From NCBI GenBank assembly GCA_026770705.1, contig JANJGN010000007.1, forward strand, positions 97,402,001 through 97,466,000: DNA of 64,000 nt. The letters run 5' to 3'. Positions 40,161 to 52,800 of this stretch are shown piece after piece; position 1 is the stretch's first letter; each line of letters opens with the position of its first letter. Under the pieces are notes generated by a model, which was not told the DNA's origin, did no database searches, and saw nothing but the letters and a program-made list of their open reading frames with translations. The position numbers and the translations under genes were made by a program. Origin of the DNA: Isurus oxyrinchus. Its lineage: Eukaryota.

Positions 40161-40596
40161 CTGCAGATTGTTGCTCAACTATAATCTGTAACATCATGAA
40201 CTGGCTTATTTCCCAGGCTAACACTATCACCAAGCCCTGAGTGTGCAGAAGCATATGGCAGGATCAGCACCAGGCGTATCTGAAAATGAGGTGTCAACGT
40301 GGTGAAGTTGCAACTCAGGATGACATGGGTACCAGACAGTGTAGGTAGCATGCAATAAACAGTTCTAAGTGGTACCACAAGCAACGGGTTAGATCTGAGC
40401 TCTGCAGTCGTGGCACATGCAGTAGTGAATATTCGCTATAAAACAACTCACTGCACATGGAGGCTCCACAAACACCTCATTCCTCAATGATGGGGGAGCT
40501 CAGCACATCAGTGCATTTGCAGCAATCGTCAGCTAGAAGTGACGAATGGTCCATCTCGAACTTCTCCAGAGCACCCAGCATCACGGACACCAGTTT
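40161..40596 (-). repeat. Inverted copy of 39021-39454, specific to unit 2
   Basis: Reverse-complement alignment; absent at the equivalent site of unit 1 (~10640). Confidence 0.8.
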
Positions 40597-41655
40597 TTAA
40601 ATATCGAGTGGTCTGTGTGGATTCATTCCTTGCATGTCTCATGGTGGCGAGGCTATTTCAGAGCCAACCATATTGCTGCGGGGTTGGTATCACATGCAAA
40701 CAACCAAATTCCATTCGCTAAAGAGGGACCGCATGGGATTTTACGACAGTAATTTCATGGTCGTCATTACGCTTTTAATTGCCGATTTGTATTGAATTCA
40801 AATTCCACCATCTGCTGTGGTGGGATTCAAACGCGGTTACCTAAGGAATTACACTGAGTTCCTAATCCTCTGCCAAGACCACTACGCCGCCACCTCCCCT
40901 CACTCATGAGCTATCTGCAGCCTTCGACGCAGTTAACTGCAATCCCTCCCCTCCATCATCCAGCTGGTTGAAATTGCCCTTGCTTGATTCCATTCCTGTC
41001 AATAGACCTGTACCCAGAGAACCAGCTGCCATGGGTTCTCTTCCCTCTCCCACACCATCACATTCGGAGATTCCAAGGATCTTGCATTACCCCATTCTAT
41101 TTCACGTCTCCATTTGTTTTCCACCAACGTGGACGAAGCAGGGACGGTGGTGCACTGGTGAAGTCATTGAGCTAATAAGCCAGTGGCGCAAACTAATCTT
41201 ATGTGGGCGTGCATTCAAATCGCAACAGAGCTGGTTGAATTGAAATTCAATTAATACATTTGTAATTATAAGAATAGTCCGACCATGAAAATTGTCATCC
41301 ATTTTGGCTAAAACCCGTCTGCTTGATTAATGTGCATTTAGAAGAAAAGCTATCACCCTTACACTGCTTGACCTACACGTGACACCAGGAGCAGAACAAT
41401 ATTCATGACATAACAGAAAATGCTACTTGAAGGCAGAGGAGAGAGAAGAGTCACATGTAGGGTAGGCAAATTTTGTTCTGCGCAGAACATTTGTGAATCA
41501 AACGGGAATTTTACGACAATCAATTATAGTTACCGTTCTGGAGATTAGCTTTGTATTCCAGAATTTGTGAATTAAATTTAAATTCCAACAGCTGCCGAGA
41601 AGGTGTTTGAAATCATATCCCCAGAACGTTGGCCTGGGCCCCAATGTTACTGCTC

Positions 41656-41821
41656 CGGCTGGGACATGCTGTTTGTTATGACCCTCCACCCATTAGGACG
41701 TACGGCCCACATACCTAGAATCGCACTAGTATTGAAATTCATATACCACGTAAATCATTTGTCTGATGGGCAGAACGTATTTTGGCTTGAGGGACTCTTC
41801 CTGTTTGGTGCGAATATCACA
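41656..41821 (+). repeat. Direct copy of 42907-43074 inserted 1.25 kb upstream, specific to unit 2
   Basis: About 4 differences in ~167 bp; absent from unit 1 at ~11722. Confidence 0.9.
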
Positions 41822-42731
41822 CGTATTATTCCGCCATCTCCCTCTGGCTTTTCCAGCCACACCACATGACTATTTCAAAGCACCACCACATGGAAGTTCC
41901 CCTCCAAACTGCACAGCGCCCTGACGCCGGACTCAAATGCTGGAACTCCCTTCACAGCAGCCGTGTGAGTGTGTTTATACTAGATAGAGTGGGGATATTC
42001 AAGGCGGCATCTCACCATCAACTTTTCAAGGTTAATTATGGATATGCAACAAATACTTGCCTTGCCAACGTCGACCACATTTCATAAATTTAAAAAAATG
42101 TTCACTTGCTACTCCATCACCCATCAAGGCAACATTAAGTTCCACTTGTGTGTTAGTAGCACACAGCTTTATCTCATCACCACCTCTCTGGAGCCGTCCA
42201 TTATCTTTAACTTGTCTCTCCAAACCTCTCCTGCCATTTTCAGAGACTTTTGCATTGATATATAAACAACGCTCCATCGCATTTTAATTGCTTGGTAGTA
42301 CAGAACTTGAATATTGGTGAAAGAAAGGGATTTTGTTGAAATTTCTCATCTCGACTTTATTGGGACAATCGCAAGAATACCAATGTCAGTGTAGGCAACA
42401 ACTTTAGGGTGTATGAGTAGACAGTGTTGATTGGTTGGAAACTGGGCTCTAATTGGTAGAGGAATTGACATGTAGAATATACCAACTAATGGTGCCTGGT
42501 AGCTAACTGCCAAGCATTGTTTTAAATTTAAACCAGGCAGCTTGGCTAATTGGTCAAGGCATTGGCCTGAGGAATGAACCAGCGAAAGGCAATCACTTTG
42601 TTGAGTTGAAGCAGGAGCAACGTGTGTACATGTTCCTTCTGTCTGAAAATAATATTGCCCTGTGTATTAATGTATCTAGCTTCCGGGGCACGCAAATGCA
42701 TCACACTCCGAGCCTCAGTGAGAATCTTAAA

Positions 42732-42809
42732 TTGGTTGTCAGTGTACTGAGGATATGTAGCAAATGTTATTTGGTTGTCAGTGTACTGAGGATATGTAGC
42801 AAATGTTAT
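42732..42809 (+). repeat. Perfect 39-bp tandem duplication
   Basis: ttggttgtcagtgtactgaggatatgtagcaaatgttat x2. Confidence 0.92.
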
Positions 42810-43413
42810 TTAATCGCAGTATGACATCAAATGTTGAACACTGTGTTTTGAGTTTTACAAGCACGCGCTGTTTGGATGTGGTCTGTACCTTGCCCATTGC
42901 GAACAACGGCTGGGACATGCTGTTTGGTATGACCCTCCACCCATTAGGACGTACGGCCCACATGCCTAGAATCGCACTAGTATTGAAATTCATATACCAC
43001 GTAAATCATTTGTCTGATGGGCAGAACGTATTTTTGGCTTGAGGGACTACTTCCTGTTTGGTGCGAATATCACATGTGTTGCTCCTGCACAGTGGCAGCG
43101 TGAAACAGCGAGCTTCACCTGCTGCTCAAATGTTTGACATACCTTGCTCTTCCAGTTCCAGTTTTATCTCGTCACCAGCAGAATTGTTTAGTCACAATAA
43201 ACATTACCAAATTACGAGAAGTTGCAGCCAGTCATGATGAGCTATATTCAGTTACCATCAGCGCGATCAATCTGCCACTACCATCACGGGGTCACATTCA
43301 GAAACATACTGTTTAAAGCGTAGATGGGGATTCACTACTCACATTGGCAGATGGATGCAAAATCAGAGAACATCGATATAAGATGATGTGAAAAAAGGGG
43401 GGACAGCAACTTG

Positions 43414-43810
43414 ATGGTACTGGTGTTGATGACTGGGTGATGATGTTCCAGTGTCTGCTTGATTCTGCTGGTCACCCTATGTTCCTGTTAGAGTCTGGAT
43501 GTTGCAGGAGACCATGCATTTTCTCTGGAAAGTGAATGCACTTTTGCTAACCTAGAGTTTATGTTGATAGGGAATATTCCTGGTTATTCATGATGTTGCT
43601 AAGGACTAGTTATTGGTAATGATAACAGACTGAGAAGTTTATTTGCTGGTGATTGTGAAACGGTGACTGGAATACGCTGATTGGGATTGGTACTTTTACT
43701 AGCTATTGGATGCTTTTTCAGGTGGCAGTGCTTTTACGGTAGGCTGACAGGTGATGTATCTCGTGATTGTGTTGTGCTGCTGCTGAATGGCTAATCAGCT
43801 TGTGAATGGG
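43414..43810 (-). repeat. Inverted copy of 44118-44514 (397-bp arms, 307-bp spacer), specific to unit 2
   Basis: Reverse-complement alignment above 90% by eye; replaces ~20 bp present in unit 1 at ~13262-13280. Confidence 0.9.
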
Positions 43811-46439
43811 AGCTTTAAAAAAAGCAACGAGAGTTTAGGACCTAGAATGAACTGTCTTTAAATGAGAATTGGATAATTATCTGGAGAGAAGAACTGCAGT
43901 GCAAAGCAGAATAAAAATGGAGAGGTGGGTCAAGATAAATTGCTCTTGCAGGGGGCCGGAATAGGCACGGTCTAATTGCCTTTTTCTGTGCTGTAAACTT
44001 TCAATGATTCTGTAATTATATGATACCAGAAACACAGAAACCCCAGTGGCGGCATCCAGTCATCACTGGCACCTGGTCACCCTGAACGCCCTTGCCCAGT
44101 CAGTAACAGCAGCATCCCCCATTCTCAAGCTGATTAGCCATTTAGCAGCAGCACAACGGAATCACGAGATACATCATCCATCACCCTACTTTAAAAGCAC
44201 TGCCACCTGAAAAAGCATCCAACAGCTAGTAAAAGTACCAATCACAATCAGCGTATTCCAATCACCATTTCACAATCACCAGCAAATAAATTCCTCAGTC
44301 TGTTATCATTACCAATAACTAGTCTTTAGCAACATCATGAATAACCAGGAATATTCCCTATCAACATAAACTCTAGGTTACCAAAAGTGCATTTACTTTT
44401 CAGAGAAAATGCATGGTCTCCTGCAACATCCAGACTCTAACAGGAACATAGGGTGACCAGCAGAATCAAGCAGACACTGGAACATCATCACCCAGTCATC
44501 AATACCAGTACTATTCAGTCACCAGTAGCAACATCTAATTAACCGGATAAATACTTAGACACCAGCAGCATCACTTGGTGACCAGCAAGAAAATCGCAAT
44601 CACCAACCTTTCATTCACCAGCAACTGTATTACCTAGTCTCAAGCAGCAGCATCCAGTAACCAAAAGGATCAACCACACATCAAGAAATCAATCCATTCA
44701 CCAGCACGACCATTGGACAGTCAGCCACAATAGCTTCTAGTTACCATTGCCAAGCTTTTGGGAGATGGTGTTGTAGTGGTAACATCACTGGGCAAACAAA
44801 CCAGAGGCCTAAACTCATTGTCTAGTAACAGGGTTTCAAATCCCTCTCCGGCATCTAGTGGGATTGTAATTCCGTTAAAAATTCTGCAATTGAAAGCCAA
44901 CTTCAGCAATGTTGGCCGTGAAACTATTGTTGATTGTCACCAAAACCTATCTGTTTCCTTCAGGGAAAAAAATTTGCCATCTGCTAAATATGATATTGTC
45001 CTGGTCTGGCCTACATGTGACTCCAAACCTACAGCAACTGACTCTTAACTACCTGCTGAAATGGCCTGTCAAGCCATTTAGTTCACAGTCAATTAGGGGT
45101 GAGTAGTAAATTCTGGTCTTGGCAGTGCCACCCACATCCCTTGAATGAGTAAAGAAACACCAGCCAGATTATCCAATCACCAGCAGCATGGCCCAGTTGC
45201 CAGCAAAATCGTGCAATTAGTGGCAGCACTATTAAGGCACCAGCAAAATTAGCCAGACACCATCATTAAACTACTGAACATAAAGTACAATTCCTTCTGC
45301 CGAAGTATCATACAGTCATAGAGTTATAGAAGTCTATAGCACAGAAAAAGGCCCCTCAGCCCATCGAGTCTGTGCCGGTCAAAAAAGTGCCTAAATATTC
45401 TAATTTAGTTTTCCAGCACTAGGCCCATAGCCTTGTATGCCATGGCATCGCAAGTGCTCATCCAAATTCTTCTTAAATGCTATGAGGCATTCTGCCTGTA
45501 CCAGACTTTCATGCAGTGAGTTCCAGATTCCCACCCTCCTCTGGGTGAAACAGAATCTTTTTCACATCCCCTCTAACCTTCCTGTCCCTTACATTAAATC
45601 TATGGCCCCTGGTTTTTGATCCCTCTGCCAAGGGGAAAAGTTCCTTCCCGCCTATCCTATCTATGCCCCTCATAATTTTACACACATCAATCGTGCCCCC
45701 CTACCCCGCACCCCCCACCCCCCACCCCATCCCCCCTCAATTTTCTCTGCTCAAGGGAAAATAACCCCAGTCTCTCCAATCTATCCTCAAAACTAAAATT
45801 CTCCAGCCCAGTCAACATCCTCGTAAACCTCCTTTGTCTAGTGCAATCACATCCTTCCTATAATGCGGATCCCAGGACTGCACGCAATACTCTGGCTGTG
45901 GCCTTACAAGCGTTTTATACAGCTCAGCATGGCCTACCTGTTTTTACATTCTATGCCAACATTCTAGAAATATGTTGGATCAGTAATCTCCCTATTTCCT
46001 TCTTGAACGAGTCCCACTGCTCTGATGCTGATTTACCTAAAAGCAGCGTCTGCCAGTCCACTCTCGCCAAATCACATCTGATCTTATTGAATTCTGCCTT
46101 CCCCCAATGTAGAACTCCGATATCTGACCCATCCTTGTCCTTGACATGAAAGCCTTGAATCTATCGGAGTTATGATCACTATTTGGAAAATGCCCCCACA
46201 CCCACACACATCCCACACCGGCCCACATCGCAACTGTTGATTGAGAGCCTGCCGTATAAATTCAGTGGAGGTTCGATCGTTTCTACCAACCTGGCTGTCA
46301 TCAGTTCCAAACATCCAAGTCTGTTGCATGCCTGACAGATTATCTGCAGTGGTGTGTAATGTCCTAGGTAGCGAAGAATTCTTGAAAAAAATGCGATGTT
46401 GTCCTGTCATCCAGCAGTGTTTCCATTGTGTAGTCGCAG

Positions 46440-46806
46440 TTCTCTGAGACCAAACGATGCAGGGAAACCTGAATGGAGCCAGAGCACTTTCACCGCAACC
46501 GAACAATAGTATCAGTAAAAAAATTCTTCAGAGCTGCAGCAGTTCGGAAACTATCACGTGATGCGAAAATGTTCCATCTTCTCTTCAACAACGAAGATAT
46601 GTGGGCGGCTTTAACCCTCACGGCCTCTTCTCAGCTCTGACGTGAAAGTAAAGTCAGTGTATTGAAGTTGTAGATTCAGCCAACTTGTGAATCTTTAAAT
46701 CACAACACGTTCAATGTCAGGTTATCTTCATATCGTTCCATACGGCACCCCCCAGTGTTTGCCACGGACTTGAAGCAACAGCGATTGAGTTGTTTGAGTG
46801 CGCAAA
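46440..46806 (+). promoter_or_regulatory. Probable TATA-less proximal promoter of the receptor gene
   Basis: Non-repeat sequence directly upstream of the ATG, well conserved with 15850-16221. Motifs present in both copies: ACCGCA (RUNX-type, 46492), CGGAAA (ETS-type, 46545), GGGCGG (46603), TGACGTGA (CRE-like, 46638). Confidence 0.45.
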
Positions 46807-46861
46807 ATGCGCCAGCTCGATGTGCTGCGATACGTCTCAACACTGGGCATCATTTACACGG
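46807..46861 (+). CDS. Exon 1, leader/signal peptide MRQLDVLRYVSTLGIIYT
   Basis: ATG in context aaaATGc; phase-1 donor G|gtaaat; short 188-bp intron to the V exon; paralogous ATG at 16222. Confidence 0.75.
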
Positions 46862-49800
46862 GTAAATATATTTACACATGTCTGATAAATAAGAAGAGAG
46901 ATGAGAACTGAGTAGATATCACTTAGGTAAAATGTTTATTGTACAGTTTCCCAGTTCCTTTTGTTCTATAATTTGTAATATTTCCTCTTTATTCGTGTTG
47001 CTAATCATTGTCTTTGCGCATAAACGCTATTTGTGCTTATTTCTGACAGTAGCTGATGGGGCCACCCTCTCAGCGACTCAGTTTCCCGTTCGTGCGATTT
47101 CAGTGAAAGGTGCAAATGTTTCTATGAATTGTTCGTTCGGGCTTTTCGATTCCAACGCATGGATGAATGTTTATTGGCGGAGAGGCAGTAAGAACAGGAC
47201 ACTGGATGTGACTGCAGACGAAAGGAAAGTAATGATACCGTTGAAGCAAGGATCATCCGAACTCCACCTGCTGAATGTGAGTTTCCAGGATGCAGGAGTC
47301 TATCATTGCAGCGTGAGAGACAGGGCAGGAAAGATTTCCAATGGGAATGGGACTGAGCTGATTGTACACGGTGAGTGAGAGGGAACGGGTAAAGAGTTAG
47401 GATAAAATTATGAAGGTATACCTTACAAAATAGTTAACAGAAGAGCAGCAAGGCATTTGTCTTTCTTTGGAACTGTTATTGCTTATCGCAATTGGCAGCG
47501 ATCCCTTTCCGTTCACCCGGAGCTGCAACATTCATCGATCTGCGGATATCATAACTACTGATCTCAGCCAATCATTGTTGCTTAATGCTCTATCATTTAG
47601 TTAACTGTATTTTATTTAATTTAGTTAATTTCCTGAGTATGAAAATCTCTGGATTGGCTGGAATTTATTGATTATTCCTATTTCTCGTTGAGAAAATGGT
47701 AGTGTCTATTTTTCTTGAATCACTCTTGCGACGTGGTGAAGGTCCTAGCACCGTGCTATCACGGAGGGGTTCCAGGATGTTGATCCAATGAGGACCACCC
47801 TCTTAGCTGAGACATATCTCCCGTGTTCAAAATTCCTCAGGCAGTGGAAACAGCCGCTCCTTTTCTACCCTGTCAAGTCCCCATCAGAACCTTGTATGTT
47901 TCAACGTGATCACGTCTCATTCTCCTGACCTCTGGAAAACATAAACCCAATTTGCTCATTCTGTCATCATAAGGCAATCCTCTCTATCCGTAGACCAATC
48001 TACTGAACCTTCCCTCCATTGCTTCTAATTCAATAATAGGATGTATTAAACATGGAGATCAAGCAAAAGATAGAATGACGGTGTTGGGTCGCTAAAGCCC
48101 GGTGCACGCGTAGCAAAAGTTATTTATTCTTGTCTTCCAATCCCAGTACAATAAAGGTCAACATGCCATGTTTCTTCCTAATTGCCTATTGCGCCTGCAT
48201 GACAATGTTCTATGTTCCTTGTACGAGTACCCAAGTCCCTCTAAACACCATCATTGACAGGATTCATGTTAACAACATATTCTGCTTTACCGTTGTTACG
48301 AACGAAATTCATGCCTCACACTTGCCCACATTTTACTCAATCTGCGAACGTGTTGCTCGCTCACTTAACTATCTGTCTCTCTTTGCAGCCTCTTTGTGTC
48401 CTCATCACAACCTATATTCCCACGTAGCTTTGTGCTGAAGGAAGCTTAGATACATTCCGTCTCTTTGGCGAAGTCAATAACATAGATTCTAAAAAGCCGT
48501 GCCTCCAGAGCTGTTTCTCATGGCATTCCACTTGTCACAGCCTGCGAACTCGAACAGAGCATATATATCCCTCCTCGCTGCTGTCTCTTCACCAACCGAC
48601 TATTCATGCTGATATATTACCCCCAACTCCGCATACTTGGCCATATGCATTAACCTTTTGTATGGCACCTTATCGAACGACTTTTGGAAATCCAATTACA
48701 CAACGTCGACTTTTTCATTTTATTTAACTTACTAGTTACATTCTCAAACAAAAAAATAATAAAACATGCAATAAATGTGTCAAACACGAGTACCGTTTCT
48801 TGAAAGCACGATAGCATTGCCACACTATGACTTTCGACGTACTTTATTAAGAATTGCTTCATAAGAAGGTCTAGCACTTTCCCGAAGGTGATTCTAGGCT
48901 CATTGCCCTGTTATGTACTGTTTACTTTCTCCCTTCCTTCCCTAATAGCGGCGTTGCATTTGCTAACTTTTAATCTGGTGGGACCCTTCAGCACCTAGAG
49001 GATTTTGGAAAATCGTAACCAGTACATTCCCCGCCTTTGCAGACAAATATTTTCACAATTTAGGATGTAGGCCATCAGGTTCTCGTGGTTTGTCGGATTT
49101 TAGATTTTCAAATTTTCTTCAATACAATTTCTCTATTGATGCTAAAATGATAGTTGTGCTAATATCAAGCACCTGGCTCAGCAGGGTGCACGACAGGGCA
49201 TTAAGTATTCCTGGATAGAACGCGTTAAGGATGGATTGGAAATCAAAATAAGGCAGACAAGTAGCATTATTGATCAAACAGTGTTTGCAAAATGGGAGAG
49301 ATAGTGCGGGCAAGAACGGGATTTGCTCGGTTAGAGCCATGAAATAATATTTGTATTTCAAGTGTTCGATGTATTTTCAGGGAAATCAATTAGTTCACAT
49401 GATACAGAGGGGCAAACTTGCAAGAAATTTAGAGAATTGCAAGAATTATAGGCTAATTATAATGAAGGACTTTTTTTTTAAATGGGCTGGCGTGTTAATA
49501 CAGTTAAGGGCAAGATTTTCTCCAGAGTGTTCAAGATAATGTACATCACCATGTTTTCAGTCCAACGAGGAAGTAGTCAATACTGGATTTATTTCTCAGG
49601 GATGAAGTCGTTGAAATGAATCAAGGTGTGTTACCAGTATTAGAAAGTCATTTTAGTGTCCTGAGCTTTACGTTGGTTATGGAACAAAAAATCAAAGAAG
49701 AATCGAAGTAAAGATAATTAAGTGGAGGAGAGCCAAATTTCCTGATGTCTGAGCCCGCTAAAATGATATTGAAGATTGACACACCAAAGTGTAATGGAAA

Positions 49801-52800
49801 GACCTTTAAAGGCGATATGTTTCAAGTACATTTCTGGCCTAGAGACAGGAAACAGAGTGTGGTGATGAACAGTTTTTCTTTCAAATAGGAGGAAAATTTG
49901 TGATCGCGTTCAGAGGATGAAGAGAATTTTGAAGTGAGTATAAGACTAGAGAGGCCTGCAAGCGTTTTGTGCAAGTAACATACGTTGGCGGCATCGATTG
50001 CAAAAGTGGTTTATCAGCAAATGGGGCCCATGGCTTTATAAATGCTTCACATTGAGGGCCTTATGAATGGACCCCATTGGAGTATTCTGTCTAGTTCTAA
50101 GCATCACGCTTTAGCAATGAAGCGACACATGATAGAAGATGCAGAAAGATTCAAAAGAATGGGTCCATAGATGAGAAGCTTCAGTAATGCGGAGTGATTT
50201 GGGAATCTGGGTGGTTCTCCTTGAAGAAGAGAAGATTAAGAGCACATTTTGTAGAGGCGATAACAACCATAAGCGATCTAGACAGAGCAGATAAAAACAA
50301 TTGTTGCCGTTGGCGATGCAAACGAGAACTTGAGAACATATTGGCGAGAGGTTTGGTCAAAGAGGCAAACAGAACACAAAGAGGAACATTGTAGACGGCG
50401 AGTGGTTAGAATCGGGAAGTCACTGCCTGGAAGTGTGATTCAAGCAGTTTCAAACAAGCCCTTCAAAATATAATTTGGAGCTTTTAAAGAATCTTTCAGA
50501 GCTACGGGATAAAGGCAGGGGAGTGGAATTAGTGGGTTTCAGTTGCAAGGAGCTGACGTGTTGAATGCTACATTTCTCTGTTGGAAGCGTTCTGTGATTC
50601 TACATACACACTGATCTCCGTAACTACACTTGCTTCGGATAACATTTTTGTGTACATTTATTTGGCTTTTCTCTCTTTTTATTTGTGTTACATGAACTGT
50701 GACAAAGACTCGAAATTATTCCTGCAGAGCGCGAACTGTGGTCAAAGGCTGTACATTATCTCGGAAGTGAATCCATTAAGTTAGCTCTGTTACATACAAC
50801 CTGTTTTATGTTAGACTTTATGAACAACGCCCAGGCTGAACTAAAGGCAAGACTGTTTTCCCTGTTAGTGTAACTATTACACACTTGGTGCAGCTATCTT
50901 ACAGAATGCAATGCCTCCCTATTGACAAAGTTGTTAACTAGATAAAACAGATACGGCCAATACTTCACGGCATTAAAGCTCTGGAATTCCATGCGGACTG
51001 CAGCGGTTCAAGAAGACTGTTCACCGTCACCTTCTCAAGGGCAATTCTGGCTGTGCAATAAATGCTTGCCTTGCCAACAACGCCTACACCCTATGAACGA
51101 ATAAAGCAACTGAAGGTGCAAATCACACAGAAGTATCTGGCAACAGTTTTAAGACATCCTTGGCGGATTCTGTTTAACTGGGTCTTATGTTAGTTGCAGT
51201 GCACAGGCATAGAGTGGTTCCTCAGCCATTGCAGAATGAAAGCAGGAATGAAATAAAAACAAACCAAAATTAATCTCGGGAGAACTATCCCTGCACTCCA
51301 GCTTCTAAAGATTGTAGATTCTTGGCTGTCATTCTTTTTTTTTGGCACGTCATACACGAATAGCGATTTTAACTAGTTTCTGTTAATTAATTCCCAGTGC
51401 CGCCAACGCCTGTGAAAGTTACCCTCCTGTCCTCTTCGCCCCTCACACTTCTCTGTACAACAGCTGGCTTCTTTCCAGCGGCGGTTAACATCACTTGGTA
51501 TGGAAATGACATCGAACTTATATCTGGGGTAAACTCCACGGTAAAATGGAACGAGGAGGGATTATATGAAGCTTCCAGCTCCGTCCGCCCTGTGGAGATC
51601 GAACAGGTTTATAAATGCCAGGTTTCTCATGTCTCTCTCGAGGTCCCAGCCAACAGTAGCTACAGAGTTCGTGGTCAGGGTAAGATTCACACATTGAAAA
51701 TACTGCTCCAAGCTGTATCTGTGAAAGATATAGGGGCCTGTCAAGTACTTTTTCGTTCCTTACCCTGTCCCAGAACTTTCTTAATGGGTGAGTTTGTAAA
51801 AATTTAGTGTGTTCATTACAATATCGAAAATTGTTTGACGAAGTGCCAGATTATAACGTACTACTTAAGATACATTGCTGTGCGATTAGAGGACATATAC
51901 TGGCTTGAATAGAAAATTGGCTTCATTTTGAAGGGAAGAGATTTATCATCTGTGATAGCATTCTTTTTATTCTTTCACAGGCTCAGGGAATCGCGAACTA
52001 GGCCAGCATTTATTGCCATATATAACTGCCCTTGGGAAGGTGATAGTGAGCCGGCTTCTTGTACCACTGCAGTACATACCCAGAGCTGTTATGAAGGGGG
52101 TTCTCGAATTTTGATGTACTGGCAGTGAAGTAAAGGTAGTGCAGTTGCAAGCCGGGATGGTATGTGCTTTGCAGGGTAATTTTCAGGAGATCGTGTTCCC
52201 ATGCAGCTGCTGCCCTTGCCCTTCGAGGTGGTAGAGTTTCAGGGTTTGGACGGTGCTGTCGAAGGATCTTTGGTGAGTTCCTGCAGTGCATCTGATAGAT
52301 GGCACACAGTACTGGCACTGTGCGTCCCTGCTGGAGGTAGTGAATATCTAACCTGTGGACAGGGTCTTAATCAAGCCAGCTGCTTTGTTCTGGGTGGTTT
52401 CCAGCTTCTTCAGTATTGAAGATGCACTCATTCAGGCAACTGGAGAGTGTTCCATCATACTCCCGACTTGAACCTTGTAGATTGTGGACAGTGTATGAAC
52501 AGCCAGGAGTTGAGTTACTCGCCACAGAATGCCTACCCCTGGGCATGCTGGTCTTGCCAAAATATGTATGTGTCTGGTCCAGTTCAATTTCTGCTCAATG
52601 GTTGCCCCCACGATGTTGATAGAGGGGCACTCAGCGATGGCAATGCCATTGAGTGTCACGTGTAGATGGTAAAATTCTCTCTTGTTGGAAATGGCCATTG
52701 ACTGGCACTTGTGTGCTGCGGATAGTATGCTCCAGGCCTGAATGTTGTCCAGGCCTTGATGCGTATGGACACGGACTATTTCAGTATCTAAGATGCGCCA

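Noticed and set aside
46084-46506. 140-aa minus-strand ORF over the promoter (and 15670-15921)
   Set aside because: No recognisable domain, runs into CR1 sequence, and the frame is broken between the two units.
46932-47049. Hydrophobic N-terminal extension of ORF 46932-47378 as a signal or TM segment
   Set aside because: It is the T-rich 3' part of intron 1; a proper leader exon with a matching phase-1 donor lies at 46807-46861.
47300-48545. Recombination signal sequences near the V exon or at the V-deletion breakpoints (e.g. cacagcc at 48536)
   Set aside because: No heptamer with a correctly spaced nonamer was seen; V and J-like parts are contiguous; microhomology explains the deletion.
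51680-51807. Read-through of the C1 exon as a secreted-form tail
   Set aside because: Strong donor at 51680, no nearby AATAAA in unit 2, and the frame is not kept in unit 1. Cannot be excluded without transcripts.
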